From positions 1-59,109 of the IMG/VR virus record IMGVR_UViG_3300030102_001767: DNA of 59,109 nt; one strand, given 5' to 3'. The first letter of the stretch is position 1; every line of letters starts with the position of its first letter. This document shows, in pieces, positions 50,161-57,276 of the stretch. A program made the position numbers and the translations under genes. Origin of the DNA: a virus. Taxonomy: Duplodnaviria > Caudoviricetes. The notes below the pieces were generated by a model. It was not told the origin of the DNA. It worked only from the letters and a program-made list of their open reading frames with translations, and did not search any database.

Positions 50161-50390
50161 TTAATAAATTACAAAGCATTGGAACTCTTTTAGCCTTAGT
50201 AAGTGCTATAGGAGGAGGATTCTACACTTGGGGTGTGTTTAACAATAGATTAGAGGTATTAGAAAGTGCTTCCTCTGTTGATGTTGGCCCTATTAATGAA
50301 AAAATTGTAACACTTGAAACTAAAGTAGATAATTTAGAAAAAACTGTAGATAAATTAGAGGACAATAATACAAATCCACTAGCAAAATAA
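50157..50390 (+). CDS. small membrane-anchored coiled-coil protein
   Basis: N-terminal TM segment, heptad region, C-terminal NPLA. Confidence 0.65.
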   Translation: MINKLQSIGTLLALVSAIGGGFYTWGVFNNRLEVLESASSVDVGPINEKIVTLETKVDNLEKTVDKLEDNNTNPLAK

Positions 50391-50414
50391 TAATTAACTT
50401 AGGGAGAATTAATT

Positions 50415-50927
50415 ATGGCAAGACAGGAAAACGACTTTTATCCAACGCCTCCAGAGGCAACTCAATTACTATTAGATAATGAAACATTTGAAGGAATGGT
50501 ATGGGAATGTGCTTGTGGTGATGGTGCAATGGCTAATGTTCTTGAAGATAATGGTTACACAGTTGTAGCAACAGACCTTAATTATTATAATTATGGTATT
50601 CCAGGTAAAAACTTTTTAAATGCAGATATGAAGTTAGCACCAAATGTTTGTACAAATCCACCATTTAAAGTAGCACAGGAGTTTATACAAAAATGTATAG
50701 ACTTAAAGGTTGATAAGTTTGCTATGTTTCTTAGACTTTCTTTTTTAGAAAGTGTTAAAAGAAGGTCTTTTTTTCAAGAAAATCCACCAGTTAGAATTTG
50801 GGTTATGAGTAAAAGATTTACCTTGTGGAGAGGAGACCAAAAAAGAAACGGCAATGGTATTACTCCATACGCTTGGTTTGTGTGGGAAAAAGATAACGAA
50901 GAAAGACCAGTTTTATGGTGGTTGTAA
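50415..50927 (+). CDS. amino (N6-adenine/N4-cytosine) DNA methyltransferase
   Basis: DFYPTP, motif I WECACGDG, motif IV TNPPF, LRLSFLE, YAWFVW. Confidence 0.85.
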   Translation: MARQENDFYPTPPEATQLLLDNETFEGMVWECACGDGAMANVLEDNGYTVVATDLNYYNYGIPGKNFLNADMKLAPNVCTNPPFKVAQEFIQKCIDLKVDKFAMFLRLSFLESVKRRSFFQENPPVRIWVMSKRFTLWRGDQKRNGNGITPYAWFVWEKDNEERPVLWWL

Positions 50928-50928
50928 T

Positions 50929-50954
50929 TTAAATATATTAGGTAATATATTTAA
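50929..50954. promoter_or_regulatory. 26-bp palindromic motif TTAAATATAT-N6-ATATATTTAA (perfect copy)
   Basis: Lies between the two MTase genes, just before the RBS; same arms at 53281 and 59047. Confidence 0.7.
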
Positions 50955-50970
50955 TTTAAGGGAGAGAATT

Positions 50971-52494
50971 ATGAATGTTTTAAGTTTATTTGATGGTATG
51001 TCTTGCACTCAGATTGCACTAAAAAATCTTGGCATAAAAGTTGATAAATATTATGCAAGTGAGATAGATAAGTATGCAATAGATATAACAAGAAAAAATT
51101 TTCCAAATACGATACATCTTGGAGATGTAAAAAATATAAAAGGATCAGACTTTTTATATGACATAGACTTAATAGTTGCAGGCAGCCCTTGTCAGGGATT
51201 TAGTTTTGCAGGAAAGCAGTTGGCATTTAACGATCCTCGTTCTGCACTGTTTTTTGAGTTTATTAGATTGTTAAAAGAGCTACAACCTAAATACTTTTTG
51301 CTTGAGAATGTTCGTATGAAGAAGGAATATTTAGATGTTATATCGCAACAGGTGTCAGCAATATATCCAGAATGTAATAATGGGAGTTTATTTGGTATTG
51401 AGCCTATACTTATTAATTCAGCAAAACTCTCAGCTCAAAATAGAAATAGATTTTATTGGACTAATATACCTAATGTAGAGCAACCAGAAGACTTAGGTAT
51501 TGTTTTAAAAGATATAATAGAAGATAACTTTGTAACGGATAGAGATAAAAGCTACTGTATTGATGCTAATTATTATAAAGGAGGAAATCCAAAGACTTAC
51601 TTTAAAAAATCAAGAAGGCAATTAGTTTTTAATAAACCTAAAAAAGTAGGAATGAATGTTGAGGAAGTAAAAGTTAGAAAACATGAGGTAGATATTCCTA
51701 ATTTACAACAATTATTAAGAGTTTATAAATCTTCATCTAAAAAAACTCATAAACAAATAGCAAAAGAAATAAATATGCCTGTTACTAAGGTTGAGCATTG
51801 GTTCAGAACAGATACTAGCTTTGCTATTCCTAGCGATGACATTTGGTTCAAACTTAAAGATATATTAGGTATTGAAACTGATGTTTTTGATAAACAAATT
51901 ATGGAGTTTGAGTATAGAGATGGGGTGTATGAAACTAAACAAAGAGTTTATTCAGAGAATGGTAAATCACCTACCCTAACAGCTAGTAATAAAGAACAGT
52001 ATATTGAAACATACAGTACACCCAAACAAGTTGGAGTTGCCTCAGATATAAAAGGTTTTGATATAATAAAGAGAATATATTCTGAAAATGGTAAATCACC
52101 GACACTTACCACTATGCAAGGTGGACACAGAGAGCCTAAAATTGCTGTTAATTCTTACAGAGAAGTAAGAACAGAACAAGCCAAGAAAGAAAGAAAAAGA
52201 ATTAGAAAAGAAACAGGCAAAGACCATACACCTTTTAGAAGTAAAAAGTTGGTAGTAAGGGATGATAATAAAGTAGGAACAGTAACTCCTGCTTTAAATA
52301 ACGATCATAAAATATCTTTTAGCAGAGATGACTCAGAAGAACTAACATGGAGAAAGCTATCTGTTTTAGAATGTGAAAGACTCCAAACAGTTCCAGATAA
52401 TTATACAGAAGGTGTGTCTAACAGTCAGCGTTACAAAATGTTAGGCAATGGATTTACTGTAAAGGTTATCGAACATATATTAAAAAATATGTAG
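50971..52494 (+). CDS. C5-cytosine DNA methyltransferase (start reassigned to ATG 50971)
   Basis: AGGGAG RBS; motif I SLFDG, IV GSPCQ, VI LENV, VIII QNRNR, IX/X ECERLQT...LGNGF. Confidence 0.92.
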   Translation: MNVLSLFDGMSCTQIALKNLGIKVDKYYASEIDKYAIDITRKNFPNTIHLGDVKNIKGSDFLYDIDLIVAGSPCQGFSFAGKQLAFNDPRSALFFEFIRLLKELQPKYFLLENVRMKKEYLDVISQQVSAIYPECNNGSLFGIEPILINSAKLSAQNRNRFYWTNIPNVEQPEDLGIVLKDIIEDNFVTDRDKSYCIDANYYKGGNPKTYFKKSRRQLVFNKPKKVGMNVEEVKVRKHEVDIPNLQQLLRVYKSSSKKTHKQIAKEINMPVTKVEHWFRTDTSFAIPSDDIWFKLKDILGIETDVFDKQIMEFEYRDGVYETKQRVYSENGKSPTLTASNKEQYIETYSTPKQVGVASDIKGFDIIKRIYSENGKSPTLTTMQGGHREPKIAVNSYREVRTEQAKKERKRIRKETGKDHTPFRSKKLVVRDDNKVGTVTPALNNDHKISFSRDDSEELTWRKLSVLECERLQTVPDNYTEGVSNSQRYKMLGNGFTVKVIEHILKNM

Positions 52495-52525
52495 CGTGCA
52501 GAAGATTCTACCAGGCGTGACCCGG

Positions 52526-52592
52526 TTAAATGTAAATTTACAGAAAAATTGTAGATCTCAAAAAAAAATTAAATCTTAAATGTAAATTTACA
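52526..52592. repeat. two 17-bp direct repeats, each containing palindrome TGTAAATTTACA
   Basis: TTAAATGTAAATTTACA at 52526-52542 and 52576-52592. Confidence 0.85.
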
Positions 52593-52611
52593 TAGAGTCC
52601 AAGGGTCGTGA

Positions 52612-52692
52612 TTAGCCAACAATTATGGTAAACAAAGTCAGACCAATAAGTTGAATAACCATTGTCATTGATAAGAATTTAGTAAAAGTCAT
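52612..52692 (-). CDS. 26-aa hydrophobic peptide
   Basis: GAAGGAG RBS; MTFTKFLSMTMVIQLIGLTLFTIIVG. Confidence 0.5.
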   Translation of the reverse strand: MTFTKFLSMTMVIQLIGLTLFTIIVG

Positions 52693-52990
52693 ATTTTTCT
52701 CCTTCTAATTCGTTATTTAATTTTCTTCTAGTTCCACAAGCGATTGCACAATCAACATCAGTAAAATTACGATAATTTAATTCTACAGATGTTTCGTACA
52801 AGCACATCACAAGCAAACTTATTATGTTCACTAATAAGTGTTTTATTTCTTTATTGTTAATGAAGAACTTTCACTCCCATAGTTTCCTCCTTTAAAAAAA
52901 AGAAACTACCCAGTAGTTAAGTAGTAAATAAAAATAATAATTAGAAGATTGACTTTACACTTTTTTTCAGCATAAAAATTTAGCTAAATA

Positions 52991-53052
52991 TGGCATAAAA
53001 AAGGCAGTAGATCGAAATGAAGTTCATAGGCATTGATGCCCTTTTTATGCCA
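52991..53052 (-). ncRNA. stem-enclosed TIGR-like guide unit (unit 3)
   Basis: 16-bp stem with one G-U pair on the minus strand; its 30-nt loop reads TCA-ATGCCTATG-AACTTCA-TTTCGATCT-AC. Confidence 0.55.
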
Positions 53053-53086
53053 AACAAGTTAACTTATTGGGGAAAAAATTAACTTG

Positions 53087-53120
53087 CGTTCTCTAGTTCT
53101 GATGTTCATGTGGATTGACT
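53087..53120 (-). ncRNA. TIGR-like guide unit (unit 2)
   Basis: AGTCA-ATCCACATG-AACATCA-GAACTAGAG-AACG, followed by hairpin CAAGTTAA/TTAACTTG (53055-53086). Confidence 0.6.
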
Positions 53121-53266
53121 TATAACTCGTTGTCTAGTAGCTGCACGCACTCTTGTATTTTTTCTTTTTTATCTCTTTGTTTGTTTGTTTCACTTGAAAT
53201 AAAAATAAAACCTAAAAGAATCAATCCTGCTACATATAATTGTAATTTTTCTTGCCAATTTAACAT
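53120..53266 (-). CDS. 48-aa single-TM protein, not in supplied track
   Basis: AAGGGAG RBS; MLNWQEKLQLYVAGLILLGFIFISSE...DNEL. Confidence 0.65.
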   Translation of the reverse strand: MLNWQEKLQLYVAGLILLGFIFISSETNKQRDKKEKIQECVQLLDNEL

Positions 53267-53280
53267 TTTTTTCTCCCTTT

Positions 53281-53306
53281 TTAAATATATCACTTAATAT
53301 ATTTAA
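53281..53306. promoter_or_regulatory. 26-bp palindromic motif (perfect copy)
   Basis: TTAAATATAT-CACTTA-ATATATTTAA, just before the RBS of 53266. Confidence 0.7.
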
Positions 53307-53309
53307 TTC

Positions 53310-53343
53310 GGTGGTTACTTAAAAGGCACTAAAAGTAACCACC
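53310..53343. terminator. 11-bp stem-loop just downstream of the tasA-like gene (terminator or processing/stability hairpin)
   Basis: GGTGGTTACTT-N12-AAGTAACCACC; no clear U tract. Confidence 0.5.
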
Positions 53344-53357
53344 TACCACTAATTAAC

Positions 53358-54176
53358 TTACTCAATGTCCTCCAAGTTAATAGGTGGTTTAATTAAATTA
53401 GTATTATTAAGTTTAGTTAAAGCATATGGTTCAGGTGGTGTTTTATTAAATTCATATTTAAACCAAACATAATGCAGATGACTTAAAAATAATTTTACTG
53501 TCCAACGCTTTGATATTGCATGAATATGAGCTGGAGGTAGCTCTCCTTTTTTATAATGACTATAAGCTATAGTATTTTTTTGATAATTTTTTTCTTCTAA
53601 TTGTTTTTTTGCATGGTCTTTATAACTTCCAGCATTATTTTTCTTTGTTTCAATTTGTTTTCTTTTAGAGTACAGCTTTCCATAAAAAGCATCTTCATGA
53701 TTACAAACCTTTACAAAACTTTCCCCTATTTTCCAAGCAAGAGTTCTTAATTGACCATTCCAAGGTCTTTTTTCTCCCTTGTTCCATTTTTGATTAGGGT
53801 TAAGACCAGCAAAATTCCATATATGACCAGCAGTAGGTGCTTTGTGTATATCTATATGTGACAACAGACCAGCAGTTATAACGCCACCAACCCCATAATT
53901 TGACATACACCATCTTCCAACTTTGTGAGATTGAGAATATTTAGTTAAGAACTTTTTTATTTCATATTCTAAAGTTTTATCTTGTTCTAATAAATAATTT
54001 AAAGCACTGCACTGTTCTTTAGAGCTAATGGCCTCCCTTAGTTGGTTGGCACTTCTTTTTCTATTTTCTTGTATTTGATAATATCTATCAACCAAAACTC
54101 TTATTTCTGTTTGGTTTAATTCTTTTGCTGTTTGAAGAATATCTCTTTCCATTCTTCTGACTGGTGTCATTTCCAT
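53358..54176 (-). CDS. IS110/Nop-domain protein without a nuclease domain; TasA-like TIGR-associated protein
   Basis: Coiled coil YYQIQENRKRSANQL, then WCMSNYGVGGVITAGLLSHIDI...HIWNFAGLNP...WNGQLRTLAW...SKRWTVKLFLSHL, matching the IS110 C-terminal/Nop fold; no N-terminal DEDD RuvC domain; flanked by guide-like units. Confidence 0.75.
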   Translation of the reverse strand: MEMTPVRRMERDILQTAKELNQTEIRVLVDRYYQIQENRKRSANQLREAISSKEQCSALNYLLEQDKTLEYEIKKFLTKYSQSHKVGRWCMSNYGVGGVITAGLLSHIDIHKAPTAGHIWNFAGLNPNQKWNKGEKRPWNGQLRTLAWKIGESFVKVCNHEDAFYGKLYSKRKQIETKKNNAGSYKDHAKKQLEEKNYQKNTIAYSHYKKGELPPAHIHAISKRWTVKLFLSHLHYVWFKYEFNKTPPEPYALTKLNNTNLIKPPINLEDIE

Positions 54177-54195
54177 TTCTCTCTCCCTTTAGAAA

Positions 54196-54230
54196 CGCTC
54201 ATTATTATTGATGTTTATAACTCTTTGGCT
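54196..54230 (-). ncRNA. TIGR-like guide unit (unit 1) in the leader of the tasA-like gene
   Basis: AGCCA-AAGAGTTAT-AAACATCA-ATAATAATG-AGCG, ending 19 nt before the start codon. Confidence 0.6.
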
Positions 54231-54382
54231 TTAAATAATTTTTGATAGACAAATAAGAATTGTAAATAGTGACACTATATCTAATAATTTTTCCATTTTT
54301 TCTCTTCGTGAAGCTACTGTACGAAGATTTATATAAACTTAATAAATTATTTTTCAAATCAATAATCATCATAATCACTATT

Positions 54383-54463
54383 TTAATTTAAAATACTAGC
54401 CGTTGCCTCTAATGATATGTAGGTTACATAAAAACCTAATAACAAAAGAACAAAGACTAGCAT
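54383..54463 (-). CDS. 26-aa hydrophobic peptide
   Basis: AGGGAG RBS; MLVFVLLLLGFYVTYISLEATASILN. Confidence 0.5.
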   Translation of the reverse strand: MLVFVLLLLGFYVTYISLEATASILN

Positions 54464-54489
54464 TAATGTCTCCCTAAAATTAAACATGA

Positions 54490-54834
54490 CTAAAACGGAA
54501 TCTCATCGTCAATGAGAGCTTCTTCTTTCTTTGGTGGAGATTGCTCTGGATAATCTGTAGCTGGACTCGATATTCCTGGTGGTGCTACCTCAACACTAAT
54601 ATAAAAATATTTTATTCCTTCTTGACCATCTTTAGGTTTAGATTTTCTATCCCACATTGCAATTTTAATTTCAGCTTGTTCTAAATTATTAGACTTAGCT
54701 AAATCAATCATTGCCTTGATTTGTTTTTTATTTATTTCTACTTGACCAACAAAATCTGGTTTTTTTGGTGTATCTTTGTATTTGTTTGGGAAAGCCGCAC
54801 CTTCGGACTTTAGTTCTATATCATAATTAGCCAT
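54490..54834 (-). CDS. putative single-stranded DNA-binding protein
   Basis: KKPDFVG...IAMW core and acidic C-terminal DDEIPF tail. Confidence 0.7.
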   Translation of the reverse strand: MANYDIELKSEGAAFPNKYKDTPKKPDFVGQVEINKKQIKAMIDLAKSNNLEQAEIKIAMWDRKSKPKDGQEGIKYFYISVEVAPPGISSPATDYPEQSPPKKEEALIDDEIPF

Positions 54835-55738
54835 TGTTTATTTCTCCTTTTCTAGCTTTTAAATTTGATAACATTTTTTTATAAGTTTCTATGTCTACAT
54901 CTTGCATTCGTTGAAATTGTTCTTTGTTGTTTTTAAATATGTCATTTAACTCTTCAACAGTTTTACAAGTTTCTGCCCAGACCTTTACTAAATCAGAAAA
55001 TGCTTCAGCTTGTTCTTTAGTCGTAATGTCTGTATCTTTTACAGAAACTTCTGGATTATGAATAGCACCTTCAGAATTACTATTTAAAAGTTCTGTAACC
55101 TCCTCAACCTCTTTAACCTCTGCATCATTACTAAAATGTGTATCGGTTTGTTTACTTTCTGTAATTACTTCTACTTCTACAGTATTTTTTGATTCTTCTT
55201 CTGGAAAATCTTCGGCTTCTTCTTTCGTAATTAAACCTTTTAAAGAATCAGGAAAGGCATCTCTAAGAGCAAAACCTCTGGCTCTCATTTGCAACATTCT
55301 ATCTGGGTAACTTTTCCAAGGCCCTCTGTTAGTAAGACCAGCTCTTGTAGCATCTGACCAAGCAAATTCTCTTATAGTTTTTTCTATTTCATTAGTAGCC
55401 TTAACTAATCTTTTTACTGTGCAAACAGCTTTTCTTTCATTTCCAGACCCAACAATTTGCTCCTCAATACCAGCAAAATCTGGGTTTACTCTGCATAAAG
55501 CAATAGCACTATCTCCGTATAAAGATGGTTTTCCATTTATCACGGCAATATTTTGTAAAGCCTGGATTGGTTTTAAACCAACCTCATGACCCATTTGTAT
55601 ACATATTAATATGTCTGCTGGCTTTCCTTTGTAATTTACTGGAACAAAATCACTTTTAGATACTAATTCTGAAAATTCTTTTGCCTCGTTAAAGTTTGAT
55701 GGTGTCATACCATCCATTTTTTGTAATTCATTAGTCAT
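54827..55738 (-). CDS. RecT/Red-beta-like ssDNA annealing protein
   Basis: QMGHEVGLKPIQALQNIAVINGKPSLYGD...PWKSYPDRMLQMRARGFALRDAFPD. Confidence 0.85.
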   Translation of the reverse strand: MTNELQKMDGMTPSNFNEAKEFSELVSKSDFVPVNYKGKPADILICIQMGHEVGLKPIQALQNIAVINGKPSLYGDSAIALCRVNPDFAGIEEQIVGSGNERKAVCTVKRLVKATNEIEKTIREFAWSDATRAGLTNRGPWKSYPDRMLQMRARGFALRDAFPDSLKGLITKEEAEDFPEEESKNTVEVEVITESKQTDTHFSNDAEVKEVEEVTELLNSNSEGAIHNPEVSVKDTDITTKEQAEAFSDLVKVWAETCKTVEELNDIFKNNKEQFQRMQDVDIETYKKMLSNLKARKGEINNG

Positions 55739-56489
55739 TTACTCTCTCCTTATATTGTTCACAAAAACTATTTACATTACACCATTGCTCACACCTCGTA
55801 GCTATTCCTTTTGGAGATAGCCATACTTCCTCATCTGAACAAACAAATTTTTGAGGGTCTTTTACAGCTTCTTCGTGTAATTTAATTCTTTCTACTATAA
55901 AATTTTGTATTTCATCTTCACTCCAGTTTTCAATAGGTTTAATCATAACTGGTGAAGGTGGATAAGTATTACTGTTAGTTGCTCTCCCTTTGCTCCAGTC
56001 TTTTAATATAGCAATAATTCTAGCATCTGGTATAGGGGTATCTTTATATAATTTTGAATACATCCATCTATATATATTAAGTTGATGTGTCCAATCTGGT
56101 TTATCGTAATTTACTGCATAAGCATTAGTTGTTTTGTAGTCGCTTAAAATATTATCAGTAATACTATAATGATCGACTGTTCCAGAGATTAAAAAAGATT
56201 TTCCGTCAATTTTTAAAGAAACTTCCATTCTTTCTTCTGTTTTACAATCATCATGTATTTTATTTGCATTTTCTATTACTTGATGAACAGCAGTACCAAT
56301 AAAAGTAGCAATAGAATCAGAATAATCTTCAGTTATTTCATTTTTATGAAGCATTTTTAATGCTCTAACTTTCGGTGGTTGTAACAATTCTGTTACAGAA
56401 TAATCTGCGTCACCTTTTGTATGATTCCATGTGCCTTTGATACCTCTAATTACATCTAAAGGTATCATTTTATTGTTAGTGTGTTCCAC
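55731..56489 (-). CDS. PD-(D/E)XK exonuclease (Cas4/RecB-like)
   Basis: GTAVH, EER, ISGTVD, DYKT and QLNIY motifs; C-terminal Cys cluster. Confidence 0.85.
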   Translation of the reverse strand: MEHTNNKMIPLDVIRGIKGTWNHTKGDADYSVTELLQPPKVRALKMLHKNEITEDYSDSIATFIGTAVHQVIENANKIHDDCKTEERMEVSLKIDGKSFLISGTVDHYSITDNILSDYKTTNAYAVNYDKPDWTHQLNIYRWMYSKLYKDTPIPDARIIAILKDWSKGRATNSNTYPPSPVMIKPIENWSEDEIQNFIVERIKLHEEAVKDPQKFVCSDEEVWLSPKGIATRCEQWCNVNSFCEQYKERVND

Positions 56490-56785
56490 TATTTAGTTCT
56501 CCATATAACTATGCCATTCGAATCAGTAGTAACAGAAAAACTAATGTTTTTATGACCTTGTTTTTGTCTCCATCTCCATATGTGACTTCTTATAGCTTGT
56601 ATCATTGCATTTGCATCTTCACGACTCATTTCTAACTTCATGCAGTCGTAAACAAACTCACCAGAACTGTCTTTTATAGGATAGTGTAGCTCTTCCAATG
56701 GTAAAGACCATCTTTGTTTTTTTCCTCTACCTAAAGATTCTTTTGGTTTTTGCTGCCTATCAATTTTTATGTTAATATCACTCAT
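56489..56785 (-). CDS. hypothetical protein, possibly DNA-binding
   Basis: GAGGAG RBS; first gene of the leftward operon; C-terminal GIVIWRTK. Confidence 0.6.
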   Translation of the reverse strand: MSDINIKIDRQQKPKESLGRGKKQRWSLPLEELHYPIKDSSGEFVYDCMKLEMSREDANAMIQAIRSHIWRWRQKQGHKNISFSVTTDSNGIVIWRTK

Positions 56786-56803
56786 ATCATCTCCTCATTT
56801 ATG

Positions 56804-56832
56804 TTGACACTTTATACAAAAAAAAGCATACT
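56804..56832 (+). promoter_or_regulatory. sigma70-type promoter for the rightward replication genes
   Basis: TTGACA-N17-CATACT. Confidence 0.65.
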
Positions 56833-56881
56833 AAAAATCGAACTTATAAAGTATTTAATGTAACAATTAATCAAATCTTAG

Positions 56882-57265
56882 GTGAAACTTATGCGAATGT
56901 CAAGAGTATTTAGAACGATTATTTCCAATCAACCAACATTAAAAAATGATAAAAAAAAACTCTCAAATAAAAAGATATTCTATGACCAGATGTCAGAATT
57001 AAACGAAAATGAGCTTCTTACAGGAGATGTTGGAGTTGTTTTTGATGTTTATAGTGCAACAAAAAAACCTGATTTAGATGAGCTTGTAATTTTAGATTTA
57101 TTAGAAGAAAAAGCATTTAAATCTACAAGACAAGTAAAGGTAAAATTAGTCAGACATCACATTGATAAAAAAAATCCTAGAACTTGTATCCAGGTTTTTA
57201 AATTAAACGAATCATTAAAGAACTGGTGGGATGAAATAGAAATAATGTCTGAAGAAACAAATTAA
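56882..57265 (+). CDS. RusA-like Holliday junction resolvase (divergent)
   Basis: KKPDLDE..ILDLL...RQVK...IDKKNPRTCIQV pattern; some expected acidic residues are missing. Confidence 0.6.
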   Translation: MKLMRMSRVFRTIISNQPTLKNDKKKLSNKKIFYDQMSELNENELLTGDVGVVFDVYSATKKPDLDELVILDLLEEKAFKSTRQVKVKLVRHHIDKKNPRTCIQVFKLNESLKNWWDEIEIMSEETN

Positions 57266-57276
57266 AGGAGAAAAAA

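Noticed and set aside
50854-50970. N-terminal extension of the C5 methyltransferase in the ORF track
   Set aside because: It overlaps the upstream MTase gene and the palindromic site; the RBS and motif I support a start at 50971.
52580-52613. Fourth guide-like unit AATCA-CGACCCTTG-GACTCTA-TGTAAATTT-ACAT after the 52612 stop
   Set aside because: The spacing fits, but the loop deviates from AACWTCA and the second spacer is part of a repeated palindrome. Too weak to call.
53358-54176. Active IS110 insertion sequence
   Set aside because: The protein is only 272 aa, has no N-terminal DEDD RuvC domain and no catalytic serine loop, so it fits a TasA-like RNA-binding protein better.
54205-54372. 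55-codon minus-strand ORF running through guide unit 1
   Set aside because: No RBS and no recognisable features. It competes with the 21-aa ORF at 54231-54296, so neither is listed as a feature.
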